Shown here piece after piece: positions 27,593-41,125 of a stretch of DNA of 64,000 bases. The first letter of the stretch is position 1; the number at the start of each line of letters is the position of its first letter. The stretch comes from Laetmonice hystrix (lineage: Eukaryota). The notes beneath the pieces were generated by a model, which was not told the DNA's origin, did no database searches, and saw only the letters and a program-made list of their open reading frames with translations. Made by a program: the position numbers and the translations under genes. Where the stretch lies: assembly GCA_965235115.1 (NCBI GenBank), contig OZ249436.1, positions 34,038,001-34,102,000 on the forward strand, given 5' to 3'.

Positions 27593-29625
27593 TGCTAGAA
27601 ATCACATTTCTCTAATAGTGATCTAATTATTGCAGCCTTTCCAGTGATGCCCGGATTAGATTGTATTTGTAAATGATGTAAAGGAAAGATTTCTTGAACA
27701 GTTGCAAAATATGCAATGTGGATAAATCTATGTTTTTTCCTCGAAGTTTCTTTTACTATCATGAGCCAACATGCATTGTTGAACAAGATTGCAATCTATT
27801 GTGAACTATTGCTGGATAGTTATAGTTGAGATAAGAAACAAAAAGATTACTAAATGAGTTGCAGTCAGATCTGCATAAAATAATAGGGACACAAGGGCAA
27901 AAAGTCATTACTACCGCAACATAATCTAGGTCGGAGATGGAATGGCTGAATACTGAAGCCAACCCCAGGTGCGCAAAGAATATTCATCATGGCAGAATTT
28001 ACGTAGGGTGTATAGTCAGAACTGAGATTGCCTTTCTATCTCATATCAATCGACCTTATTCTCGCAGCACTATATAGTGCTTGAATTGTTAGGTTACAAT
28101 TACATTCAGCGCTTGTAAGAAAACGGGGGTGATTAATTTGAAAGGCTGCAGGGCACGGTTGCCAAGCTGTGACACAAGATGAGGTCATCGACAACGACCG
28201 CCGAGCGACCACGGGACCGCGCTACGCTAACCTTGACCACAGCCACACAGCGGGGAGTCAGGCCCCGCTAACACTCCCCCCACCCCCCACAACAAGCAAT
28301 CATTATGCAAATCTTACCTCACGCCGCATCACTGGCCGATGCACAGTTACTGATAAAATGCAAAAACTCATCAAGGCAAATTTTGGGTGACACAGATTCA
28401 ATGCCGTGTGTTGGTGGCGAGAAGCGGTGACAGCTGGTTAAAAGTCTGGGTCAACGACTGGGCTGGAGGGCCAGGGAGAGCCTGCCATGCAGGCCGCCTG
28501 GTAAAGGTGACTTCATCCACATTTTGTGTCATGTTAGCTAATCATAAAAACCCAGTGCTTGACTTTCTATGGCCACTTAACCGCTCGGGACTTTTTTCAT
28601 GAAGTCAGCTGTAGTGCAAAGCGATCAAGCAATAATTAAGTCCCGTACGAATAATTGTTAGGGCGATCTTTACGTGGGGTAAATGCGACTGAGCCCAATA
28701 TTTGTCACAGTGATCAAGTATGTTTTACAGTCTGAATGTAAGTTGGTGTATAACTTTGCACTTAATGTTGGTAATAAGAGGATGAGTATGCTTTAATAGT
28801 AATATAAATGAAATATATAACTCTGTAAGTAAGAGTAAACTATGCTAAAACAAATGAAACTTGGCATGTTTAAAGCAAACCTGATACATTTCCATTCTTG
28901 AAGCATCGGGAAAAGACAGGTCAATTTGTCAGGTGCCTCTTTCCTAACCTCAATGCAAATGAGGGTAACAGCTAACAGGAATTCTGATTTGGACAAATGA
29001 CAAAAAGTAATGGGTAGAAATAGGGGTTGGTGACCAGAGTAAGCCAGGGGTCAAACTAAAGGGGCATGTCGCGGGCAACTTGAATGTCAGGGGTTTTAAG
29101 CTTGATGAAAGCGTCCTTGGAGTAGTAGTAAGCAGGAATTGGCCCTATAACCCGAAAGACGACTTAAAATGATTTTGATATATTTTCATGTGTCCTAAGA
29201 ACATCAGTGATATAATGAAAGTTGATTTCTGTGCAAATTATGGAGGTTTTTCCTCCCTTCTGTGAACCTAAATCATTGTTATGCTTTTGAAATATCAGAA
29301 CAAGCGATGAAAAATTTCTTTGAAGTGCACAGCAATTTTTGTGAATTTCCGCGGTATGTCTTTAAAGTTGCTGATTGAAAGTGTTTGAAATCATTTGGTA
29401 TGGCCTTCGGCAATTTTACCCTGGCTTTGTGGTTTAATGGTAAATACACTTGGGTAAGTAGTACATGCCGAGTCAGAGATATGCCACTTTATGAATACCC
29501 CATTTCCATTTAAGACTTAGTTGTTTCTGGAAGTGCCCATAAAACCGAAATGCATATTCCTTGAAATGTTTTCCCTTCATGCTGATGGAAGACTACTTTG
29601 GTGACAGGAATATTTTTAGCTTGGC

Positions 29626-29814
29626 ATGTATAGGACCAATGGGGTAGCACTCTGGGCAATCGGTAGGATATGTAAACTCGGGAATAGCTTTTGGCGACAA
29701 GTTATGCTCGTAGAAATGGTGGGGAATATTTATAAGCCATGCTCTATAACCTTTTTTGCCATAAACTATTTAAACAGCAAAATTGAATTAGAATTTATGG
29801 AATATTCATGCTAG
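29626..29814 (+). pseudogene. RCC1-like fragment
   Basis: RTNGVALWAIGRICKLGN (cf. T..G.V.AWG....G.LG) and LVEMVGNIY. Confidence 0.3.
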
Positions 29815-30479
29815 AGATGCAATTATAGCAGCTGAAGTGTTGAGTGATGGCTGCCTCCAAGCACCCTAGGCCCACTCACCTCCGTGCATGCCAGTCTCAG
29901 ATTTACACGGGACTTATCAATGGGAATTGTCGGACAGCGATAGATGTTTGCCGACACCGGGGCTCCGGCTGTGGGCACGGGGGCACAGTCGGTGGAGGAA
30001 GTCTTCGCCTTATTGTGGCCAGGCGCCGGACCTAGGGCACTAAGGTGAGCCCCTGGCATTAACACGGTCCTGACTCTCATGCAATCGTTGCATTGTGTTA
30101 TCCTGAGTGGGGCAGGGCCCTGACCACAGCTGTTCAATAGAAATGGGTGAAAAATTGAGCAATTGTAGCACTAAAGTCTGCGAGCGGGCCGGTAAGTGTA
30201 GGTTGAGGATGAGTGCGCCGGTGCCATTAAGGGGTTACGACCGGGCGGAGGATCAGGACCTCTCCATATACCCACCAGCCATCGGTGTCAATACCCAATA
30301 CGGCCGCACAACTTCACCCAATTGACAAATAAAAAATGATTTTGTCCCCGCTCGCTCTTTCCATTCCTCCCTGCCCCAGTGAAGTAGCCATTCTGTACAG
30401 TGGCAGGTTGGAAGGTTGCTGCAGCATGGTCTGCCCCTGAATAAGGTAGTGAGTTGGGGGCTTGCCCTCGGGGTGAAAA

Positions 30480-30755
30480 GTGGCAAAAGTTCACCACTGC
30501 ACATCGCACGCACTAACGCAGGCACTAAATGCAATATCATGGACTGGATGGAATTGGCCAAAAAATAATTTCAGCGTAATTTGGCAAGGGCATGGGTTAC
30601 GGGAGCCATGGGTGAAATGTTCAAGCGGAAGGCCTCTCCATCCAGTCGTGGCAGTTCCTGACTGCAAATTTGTACACAGCAGACAAGAAGGCCAAAGGAG
30701 CATGGCTGAATGGTGCTACAACTGCCATTATCAACAACTAAGGTCACCTGCGTAA
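30480..30755 (+). pseudogene. RCC1-like fragment
   Basis: HALTQALNAISWTG and GHGLREPW...HPVVAVPDCKFVHS, cf. GHG.....P.....VV.VACG..HS. Confidence 0.3.
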
Positions 30756-32441
30756 TAAAATAGAGATCTGAGCAGGAGAAATTGTATGAACTGACCAGCT
30801 CTGACCACATCTCATTAATATCTCAGTGATGTGGAGCTGTTGTTACGGTCACCTGTGTGAAACCACAAGATCAGGTCATCTGGCAGCTGGGTGAAGAAGT
30901 GGAAGTTTTGGGTCATTTGGTTCTTTGATACAGGCTGATCTGGCAATCACACAGCTCAATCATGCGTATTAAGCAGCATGAAGCGTGTCGGAAAATCTCT
31001 GTTTTGCATGTTAAGATTTGAAAACAAACATCATGTATATTAAATCCACCAATAGGAAGATTATGTACATTTATGTTTACTAAGGTCATCTTAATATTTC
31101 TTTTGTGAAGAATTGGCAAGGTGTGAAATCGGCATCGCGCCAAATTATAGAAGCGCAAAAGTCTCTTTAGCTTTGTCAGTATTCGCCCCACAAGTCGTTT
31201 GGTGAGAAGTAAATAATTAAGCGGGTCCGGTGTGTATGCTGGGCTAGTTACAGGTCAGGGGAAATGTTGCATCAAGAACAGAGAGAAGTGAATGCATGTG
31301 TACAGTGTATGCTGATGTCGGGTGAGTGGACATTGGCAGGCCTTACTATAACATTAAGATAAATTACCTGATGAAATATGCATGGGGTTACATGTTAGTG
31401 CAGGCAGGTGATTTCTCCAGATACCTAGAGGGGTGTTTGTGGGTAGGGTAAAAGCTCAAGAACATCGCATGCTGTGTTGCCATTCATGACCCAGTGTCCA
31501 TATGGCCAAACAGAGGGATTGTGGTGGCCAGGGAACCGACCGGGTGATCCTGGCTCTGACCTTGCCACCACAGGCAAACCACATTTGGTGAGGACGAGCA
31601 GAAAATAATGCAGTGCTTGTAATCCGCGCCAAGGTGGTGCAAAGGTTGGATAGGGTTAGGACTTGGTGATCCCAGAGGTTAGCCGCTGGTAAGGGGGTTG
31701 AGAGTTCAGGGGGTAGTAGGGCGAGGGGGCGATGGGGGTGGGTGGGGTTGGCGGTCAGGGTTCGGGGTGAGGGGGTGGGGGGTTGGGGTCCAGCGCCATA
31801 TGCCACCTTTATTGGGGTTAGATCACATTAGGTCGGCGACACCCACAAAAAGCATGACCAATTTTTGCAGGGTATGAGCTCCCGTGGCCTCATTCCCCCT
31901 GGCTCCTGACCTCCAATGGTGCGAGCCCCAGCCGATAAAAAGTTCACGTTGGGGGCAGGGGCACGAAGGGCCATGGTCAGGGGCCAGAATGTCAACCAGC
32001 CCTCCATCACCCAGGCCGGGGCCTTCAGTGCCAATAAGCAGAGGTAACAGTGAGCCATGCTCTGGGGTACGGAGGGGGTGGGGTCGGGGTTGGGGGCAGG
32101 GGTGGCAGCAGGAGGGTTGGAGTGGGGGCCGGAATGGGAGACCCCGCCGATGACATGGCGGGGTTAGGGCAAAGGGTTGAACCACCAAGGATGAGTATTT
32201 CATTGAACCCTTTTGGTAAATTTGGTCAATGTCCAAACGGGGCTCAAGGGGAGGACTTATTAGATGCCCAATGACAGATCGGGACGGCTCTGCAGGCCCA
32301 GCGCCCCTAGCTGATATGTAGCGCACCATGCAGGCAGAGTCTAGCTGCTGCGCCAATACGCAATGCTTTATATTTCATCACTCTTGACAGCCACGCGTCA
32401 CCATTGACCTGCCAAATAAAAAAGCAGCAAAGTGGAAGTAG

Positions 32442-32732
32442 TTGCTGCTGCTGGTTGTAATGACACGGTGGAGGGGATACTGGGCTAGGGCTAGCTGGAA
32501 TGGATGGTTGTCGCTGTCAGATGGTCATCACTCAGTGATGGATGCCTCTACAATTGTCCATCTTGCCCATGTTGCGTGTGGAGGCTATAAATCAAGGGAT
32601 CTATCTGCCTGGAACCCTCAGGGTCAGCCGTATAGTACTACAACTAGTACTACAGCATCTGCATCTACAACTAAAGCCATATGTCTGATTCTGCCCGCAC
32701 AGAATTTCCAGTACAGGCCTCGGTATGGTTGA
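32442..32732 (+). pseudogene. RCC1-like repeat fragment
   Basis: GYWARASWNGWLSLSDG...STIVHLAHVACGGYKSRDLSAWNPQGQ: W....G.L.L.D, VACGG..S and L.AW...GQ occur in RCC1 order. Confidence 0.55.
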
Positions 32733-32978
32733 CCCCTCCACTTCGGTGGTATCATCATTCCTATCATGGTCATGATATTCAAAAAGTATTTATTGAGTTC
32801 AGAGGTTTTCTAAATAAAACGACTCCGTGTCTTGATTACTTTACTTAATCAAGCTAGAAGTTCCATGATTGAAGTGAAATATTATATTTAGTCCTTTTGT
32901 CCTGAGTTCAAAGAAGACCTCGATCGGGTACAAATAGCAGTCCTCTGTCAAGGCCAGGGGCCTGGGGCTAGATGGCAA

Positions 32979-33167
32979 GTGTTGGCAGATTCACCTTCGT
33001 TTTTTACCACTTGGCTTGCCAGTTGGTTTGGTATCTGTGCCAAGCTGGTTGAAAAGATATATTACCTTTTAACACCCTATTTTCATTCAAAGGACACTCT
33101 TTTAGAGGTAGCCGCAGTGACGGGCAGGCACGTGTTTACCTGGGGGGATTTGTGTTTAAAAGCGTAG
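32979..33167 (+). pseudogene. RCC1-like repeat fragment
   Basis: TPYFHSKDTLLEVAAVTGRHVFTWGD contains the exact VFTWG motif preceded by EVAA. Confidence 0.5.
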
Positions 33168-34371
33168 TGTTGTTGTCGTAATGGGTTACAAAGGTCCAGA
33201 CGTTTTATTTGAAGAAGGCGTTCAGGGTGGCCAGAAGGTCTTCAGTTGAACCACGTTCGAGGCCCGTGGTGCCACCTGAGCCAATGACGGGTTCTGGTCT
33301 GCCTGCTTCAATCTCTGTCATCCTGGCGGCATTCAGTTATGTCAGCTATGTCAGTTCCATGATCCCCCCCCCCCCCCCTCACCGGCTTTTTCCTGACCTG
33401 GCATACAGAGCCTCATCCACCTAAAATACAGTCTACTCCTACCTACCACCCTCACCCTACCCTACGGGTACTCCATCCCTACTTCACGGTGCCAGTCTCC
33501 TGTGCCATGCATCATGTGTGCCTGAGGAGGCGGGGGGGGGGGGCATGGATGTCATTTAGCCAGCGGATCCCATGAAATAGCTCCACTGCCTCATCAGCGA
33601 GATGCTTCTGCCGACTGACTTTATATAACAGCAGTGATTGCCCTCCGTTAACCAGCACCCAAGAGAACCAGTGTTTTTGTCATGCCCCGCCATCACCGTG
33701 AAGCGGTGCATTATGAGCCTGGCCAACGTAACAACTGCCAGCCTCAATGCACATTTTCTGGCCACGTGCTCATGCACTGGTGAGCAGGGCCATGTGGATA
33801 TTTTTTAAGTGACAAGCATTTTTATTGTCACTCACAAGTTCATAGTTTGTGAAATTGTCGAAGCGCCATTCCTGGTAGAATCCGCCAGCGGAGTGCATCG
33901 GCTGTGGCTAAAATTATTCCAAAATTGCACGCATTATAGGGTAGGTAAACTCTCCCATTCAGGGTCTCTTCAAGGCTTGTTAGTTGTCTTATATTTAAAT
34001 GGCTTACATGTGTGGCCGGTTTTATATGGATGCATATAGAGCATTGTCAGAAATCAGCCAGACATGACTTGCAAACCTTTGAACAGGTAACAGTTTTCAG
34101 GCATCCCTGACTCAAGCGGTGCATTGAGCCACTGAACCGAACGGCAAACCTACGTGAAAAGGTTGCTGAAGTTACAATCCCAGTGATCTGTTTTTTCCTC
34201 CCATTTGAGTCAGTCAGTGATTTTGAATGGGCTTCTGTCTGTATGCACTTGTGTAAAGGTGCCTCTCTGTAACCAAATCACCCTGAATGTCTCCATGTAG
34301 TGAAGATAGCCTGTCCTGAAATGCCATTTTTAATTAGTATTTATTTAAAATTATAGACTTTTTTGTTACAG

Positions 34372-34464
34372 TTGGAGAAGCGTAGTGTAGCTTGGGTTGT
34401 GGAGATAGACTATCAGGATGGTGACGGGATCTCGATTCATGCTAACGTTATGGCCATCAGTTCA
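34372..34464 (+). pseudogene. 93-nt RCC1-like pseudo-exon with two in-frame TAG
   Basis: Acceptor ttttttgttacAG|, donor |GTAATG. Reads WRSVV*LGLWR*TIRMVT, cf. WGSN..GQLGLG....R..P. Confidence 0.4.
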
Positions 34465-37400
34465 GTAATGTCTCTTGTCTTTCCGATGACTTCCTTGTCT
34501 GACAGCATTATCTACACGAATGCCACCGAGTTAATGGACAGATTTCTCTATTTCATATTATATATATGTGGTTGGAGTTGAAATGCCTATTCACTCTTTG
34601 CTCAGGACGCGATGCTTCCACGGCTATGTACCGTGGTTTAAGTTCAACTGATCCATGTGGTGAATTTGAAAAAAAAGGCCGGGGAAAGTTTTGTGATGGA
34701 CGAGTTTTCCGGGGGCGGTTTGTGGGGTAGATAACTGCCATCTGATTGAGGTCAGCGATGTTTGTTATCAAAAGCTCACTCACAAGTGAAGAAGGTTTGC
34801 CTGGTTCTGATACTGTCGACCACAGATAAAGGCAGCAGCCACAATTATTAATCAACCGATTCCATACAGGAGTAGAGTAGCAAACCTGGGTCGATGGGGA
34901 CCAGCCCGTCTGAGATTTAATGTGGGGGAAACGTATATGGTTTAATGTTCTATCTAAGTGTTGTCATGAGGGTTTGTAGGCAGAGTCGGAAGAGGAGCAA
35001 TTGCGATGGGCTTTCATGATCGACAAGAGCATGTTTCCCAAGGTCAACAAAAGCGCAGTCTAAATTTGGAAAAGTAAAAAACGTATACTACAAAACGAAG
35101 TTAATGAAATTGCAGCGCAGCTCATTGAAATCATTCTTTGAGGCCACTTGATGTCGTCCAAAACCATGTATGTTTTTTTACACTAGGGGTGAAGTCCGTC
35201 GGAAAAAGTGCGTTGGAAGATAAGCTGTTGATAGTTGGCGCAGTGCTAGAATGATGACTAGCAGAGTGATGGAGGAGATGGCACGCCAGCAGCCTGCCGT
35301 AGCCAGCCGTGCCCTCATTATGCAATCAGGGTGCATTGAGGCACAAGCACCATTATGACAAACGATGGGCACATGTCTTGGCGCCATGTCACGTTGCATA
35401 ATCACCCCCAATGTGGCCTGATTTGTGTGTATTGTTGGAGGCAAACACTCAGGGTGTGTCTATGAGTGTAAATTAGCAGCAGGGTAAACCACTACGGTGT
35501 GAATCCTGCTGCATAAAAATTAAAAAGCCCACACTCGGTCCAGCAGCTGAAGCTAATCTAATCACACCCAACTCACAATCAATGGGTCAGTGTGATTGTT
35601 TTCATTAAGTGCAGCAAACAGAAGCCATGGCCTAAGAATTAACTTGTGCAGCTCAACTCCGAGCAGACGTGAGAGTAAATACGTGCAGGTTTTGGCCTCC
35701 CGTGAAGCCACGCTAACACACCTTGCTCGACACCTCAACTTGAACACATTTAAAAAAAGGTAGCCCGACTGTCCGGTTGTCAGTGGCAAATGACTGGAGG
35801 CCCCGCGGGGCTGGATCGCTCAATCAATGGGTTCTTTCGGTTGTGTTGTTGTAGTTGTGTTGTTTCTGGAGAAAGCTCTATTGAAATATGTAAATGTGAA
35901 GCAGGGTTATGGCCAGGGGCTATTGTGAAAAGGTTGCTAAGAAAAGGCGAAAACAGCTGTATGAGGCAGAAAGCACTACCGGCGTACGGGCATGCCGTGA
36001 AGCATGTTTCACTGAAAAAAAGTAGGGTGGAAGTGGCGGAACGGGCCAAAGTCATGCCATGAGAACGTATCAGTCTGTCAGGCTGCAGTAGCATGTTAAT
36101 TACATGCAATGACAAGGTCAGAGCTACTTGCTTTCGTCTCGAGTGCAGGATTTCGTGGCATGTTTTAAAATCATTTTCGGAGTCTAATTGCCTGTAGTTG
36201 GATTCGTAGCAATAGCCCTGGTATTTTATATCATAATATTATAGCGTTTATTAGAGAGACAGTGATATTGTCAGGTCAGATTTATCTAGCGAACTGTGTG
36301 GATTCTTAGTCCAGTTTGATTCGTATAGGAACTGTCAATCTGTTTTGCTTTGACCAGATGAAATAACCTCATGGATGGAATCCACACCGGCAGGTTAGCG
36401 TTGAAGAATCTCAGTGGAGAGTGAAGGGGTGTTAAGAAAGAAAGTGTGGCTGCTAATGGATGCATCAATAGAATACACTATTCCGATGTGTATGAATGTG
36501 AGATCACCGCTTCATTTCGGAGATGCCTGCAGTTGTGTTCTTTTAAAGTCACCACTGTTCTCTGGACCTCGTATTCTCATGTAGACATCATCTATATACG
36601 TAGACATTGACTGTAGTGGGAAACAGAAGGATGATAGTAACCAATCCCAATACACCCACATCTCCTCGAGACTGAATGGGATCGTCCGACCCACCCCTAT
36701 CCCCACATTACAACCAACAATTAACTAAAAACAAAAGATGGGTGAAGTGTCCTCCAGCCCAGCCTGAACATGAAGGCACACCAGCCAGTCATGGCTCTCA
36801 TCTTTCTAATAATGAAAAAATACTCCCAACAGCCCGGTCCATAAAAATTATTGCTGCGAGGGTGAAGGGTTCAATTAAAATATCAAACGCCCCAAGCATT
36901 TTTAAGATTTTCATAGAAACACCGTAGGTCTCGATAGAGAGTGGCACTAAATTAAATTGCAGCTTCAGCTTTGTTGTCTATCAACATCCAATAAAGCTGC
37001 CGTCTGCCTGGCTTCCAAGGTAACCGTCTCATTACTGTCTTTTAAGAGAATATAAAAAAGACTGTAATTTAGTTTGTCTTAAGTGGCAGTAAGGAATGCA
37101 GTAAGGCATAGTGCAGAGAGCAGGGCGTACAGACTTGAAACTCGTCGATGAAAGAGCGATTTGTCATCCGCTCCTTAAGACCCACAAACAGTTCGGTGGC
37201 GCCATTAAGAATCTAGCCAATACATTTTGGCATAAAGAGATCAAATTGATGATGATGTGGTTGGGAGGAATTGAGTGTATATTGTGTCTGCTCTCGGATA
37301 GAGATAAACGAAGTCAACTCGGCTTCTGAAATGTGATACTAATACCGTCAGTGATGATAGCATCTCATTGTCACGTCGGATTTTCGAAGTTAAGAACTGG

Positions 37401-39080
37401 AAAGAAGTTGAACAGTTTGAACATCTACTGGAAGTGGCATCTGTCCCTGAAGGCCTTCTGGTTTCCTGGTTTGAAATCCCGGTTTGAAACACCTGAAAGC
37501 GTTAAACAGTGGAGCTTGGCCGCACCCCCTTTTCTTTGCTATATCCAGCCGAATTGCCAGACCCAAATGTATATCAGGATATAGAATTCAAAGTTCAAAG
37601 TAAGAGAGGAAAAGGGGCTCATTGGTGTAAAGTCCGTGCAATATGATCATTATTGAAAGGTTCGGAAAAATGGTGTTTTAGTATATAGCACAAGTGTGTA
37701 CTAATCCCAACGTTTTATCCCCGTCCTAGGCAGGTCGCAGCTATGACCATTGGGTGGTTAACTGGTCCCAAGATTGTCTGTCCTTGTCCAAAAGATGACA
37801 AGTAAGTATGATGATAAAGCAGTTAAACTTGCAGTTAGACAGGAACAGAAGAACATCAGAACTTTGTTTTAATAAAAGCAAAAGCGACCCACCGTATGAG
37901 TAATGAGTGGCTTATACTGCCCACGTAATCCCCATTAGGTCCGGTATCCGTGTGTCAGTCTTGGGAACCATTGCTGATACAGCTTCCTCAGCCGGGCCAT
38001 GAAAGGTGTTGCTGTAGGGGTGGGGTAGCCGCAGAGGTCAGCTTTCAGTAGTCGCCCTGATAAACTGGTAACCTGCAGGTAGATTGCATTGATAGGATGG
38101 TCAAGTAGTAAGTTGTCAGGTGATACTTACAACCAGCCATTATAAACGTAATGTATAGGTCTACCCCCTCCCCTCTCAATTTTTGCTTCAAGAGACACAA
38201 ATCTGAGACTGTCACTCAAATATTATTTCTACGAAAGATGATTATTTATTTATTTTTCTGTCAAACGTTGTGCATCATAATGATAAAGGAAGTGGGTGTA
38301 ACCTGATGTATTTGGCTATATGTCGTAGTAATTAGAAGTATATAATATTTACACTAGAAGGAGGCGAGCTTTCAGCTTTAACTTTGACTGTTCTATAAAC
38401 GTTGCCCTCGAGCACTGAAGACACCCGCAGATATCTATAATGACGTGACAATTATGTGTTGGTTCCTCATATTACAACACTTTCTCCACACGTTCCCTGT
38501 TAACATACTTGGAATATAAACCACATATTTCTTTATGTTCTCTGTATGACGTCAACTAGAAGGTGCCTGGATTGAACGGCAGGGTTTATAGCCATGTATA
38601 AAGAAGAGATAGATATAAAAAGATGGATGCCGTCACATGATAGTTTGAACCGTATACAACCTAACTCCTGAACCAGTTGACTAGATCCTTTATAAAAGTA
38701 TGAAATGCCCAAGTGTAGCTGTTAGCAATTGACTTTTGTTAGCCTTCGTGGGGGAAAGGCAGTGTTTTGATTATTGAAAACAAGGAAATAAGAATGACCA
38801 GTTTTTCTGTGTCAAGTAATATGCACTAGCGGATTGTCTTCTATTAAATTAATTATGTTTTACCTGAAGGTTAATTTATCAGCGCAGGTGTAGGTTGCGC
38901 CTCTCTATAATGCATACAATCAAAAACAGAAAATTAATGAGCTATGATTCTTTAACTGTCAGCATTCATCATAAACAAGCCCCATTGTTTGTATGAGGAA
39001 AACAATTCTGTGAAAAGAAAGTTGACGTTTACAGTGTTTACATTTGCATCGTTGGTTCTCACCTGAACTTTATCTGACAG

Positions 39081-39395
39081 GTCAACAGGAAAACGTCCTT
39101 TTTAAGGAGTGATATGGTTTTGTAGTTTGATGTGGGTGACTTGGAGGCCAAGCGGTCTGACCTATGTTATACCAACTGAGCTGACATGCTGTAGGACCCC
39201 AGCCAGGTCGTCAGTGCTGCCTCTGTCTACTACAGTGCCAGGGGAGGAGGGTTGGAGGAGGGTTAAGTACATAGTGACCTCGCTACCATTGCCATGGGTT
39301 ACCGCCCATGCCAGCACACACAGGGCTACGCTGTCACACGTGTCAAAAAAATTGATATGTACCTTGAGGGAGAGGATGTAGGAGAGATAGGCTGA
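39081..39395 (+). pseudogene. About 2 degenerate RCC1-like repeats in one frame with 4 internal stops
   Basis: After acceptor tttatctgacAG: RSDMVL*FDVGDLEAKR...SQVVSAASVYYSARGGGLEEG*VHS...TIAMGYRPCQHT...DMYLEGEDVGEIG*, cf. GSN..GQLGVGD, VVS.AG.YYSA, EDG.VYS, D.Y.WG.N..GQLG. Confidence 0.5.
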
Positions 39396-40442
39396 ACAAA
39401 CGTAGGGAGCCATCAGAAACTGTCGCCACATCAAGGTTTAGAAAGAGATACGGGCGGAGGCCGCGCGCAGATCGCGAGTCGGTCTCTGTGATTTATGGCT
39501 CCCGAGTTCTGCCACAGAGTTCTGTCACAGAGCGGCAAGTCAGGGACGAAAACCGGTCACGTCACCAAAGGATGGGTATTGTTTTGGAGAGAATGATTGA
39601 TACGGATTATGACAGGGCAGTCGGCTGTGGAGTTGGTTTTATGAAAGAGACGGAGATCTACATGTCGCCGCCATGACGTATCACCCATGGTAATTCAGAG
39701 ATACTTGGCGACTTCAAAGCTATTGTTTTTTTTTGTGTCTAATGAAAGAGCACAAAAATATTTATCCTGACGTTCTTCAAGCATCTCAGCAGTAGAGGAA
39801 CATAAAGGTGAAAGGAATGGGACCAACCTTTTTTCTGTCTATGTGAACTGTCTGTCAAACACACCAATAATAATGTGCAGGAGACCAGGTGAGTTAATTA
39901 TTAGGGTGTGGACCGAGATTGACAGGGTACCTGTTGTGGCAAACAGTACCAAAAGGGTTCCGCCCCCGTTCTCAAACTCAAACCCAATACAATACCAAGG
40001 TCTATACATGCGCATCAGTCACATAGTTTTGATGGCTCGATAAGAGTTGATAAGGCACATCAACATTGGACTGTCATGTCACTGACCAAGGACCTGCAGG
40101 CTTATCTGACGGGCAGATTTAGCCCTTGGGGCTTACGTGCCCCCACTACAACTTTAGCCAACATGGTGTATACCTATAGGTAGTAGACCAGGCCCTGTTT
40201 TGTTCTTACTGTAGTAGTCCGATTTTGGGCCTCAATTTTTGGCTTCTGCCTATATGCCAGACCTCTGGCATACAGGTGGCAGACTCCTGACATTCTTGGC
40301 CAATGACCTCAGACCTCTGGCTCCTTTCGTCCTCTTCCAGCGGGTCACAACCATCCCATCCTCTCATTTCCTGCCCGAACTCTGGCACCCTTGGGTTTTA
40401 CTTGCAAGGCAAGACATTAATTTGGCCCTCTGTCTCGGGTTC

Positions 40443-41125
40443 TACCTGTAGGTAACACACCTCTGACCCCCTTGGCCCCTACCTGCAGGTAACAGACCTC
40501 TGAACTCCTTGGTTCCTACCTGTAGGTAACAGACCTCTGACCCCCTTGGCCCCTACCTGTAGGTAACAGACCTCTGACCCCCTTGGCCCCTACCTGTAGG
40601 TAACAGACCTCTGACCCCCTTGGCCCCTACCTGCAGGTAACAGACCTCTGAACTCCTTGGTTCCTACCTGTAGGTAACAGACCTCTGACCCCCTTTGCCC
40701 CTCACCTGTAGGTAACAGACCTCTAAACTCCTTGGCCCCTACCTGTAGGTAACACACCTCTGACCCCCTTGGCCCCTACCTGTAGGTAACAGACCTCTGA
40801 CCCCCTTGGCCTGGGGAGGTAACAGACCTCTGACCCCCTTGGCCTCTACCTGTAGGTAACAGACCTCTGACCCCCTTGGCCTCTACCTGTAGGTAACAGA
40901 CCTCTGACCCCCTTGGCCCCTACCTGTAGGTAACAGACCTCTGACCCCCTTGGCCCCTACCTGTGGGTAACAGGCCTCTGACCCCCTTTTCCCCTACCTG
41001 TAGGTAACAGACCTCTAAACTCCTTGGCCCCCTACCTGCAGGTAACAGACCTCTAACCCCCCTTGGCCACCCACCTTCAGGTAACAGACCTCTGGTGCTC
41101 TTGAGCCTAACCTGCAGGTCACACA
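40443..41125. repeat. 37-bp minisatellite, about 18 copies, unit TACCTG(T/C)AGGTAACAGACCTCTGACCCCCTTGGCCCC
   Basis: Read directly. Includes variant units (AACTCCTTGGTTCC) and degrades at the 3' end. Confidence 0.97.

Noticed and set aside
40443-41125. CRISPR-like 37-bp repeat with a palindrome
   Set aside because: Units are head-to-tail with no unique spacers, there are no cas genes, and the context is eukaryotic.
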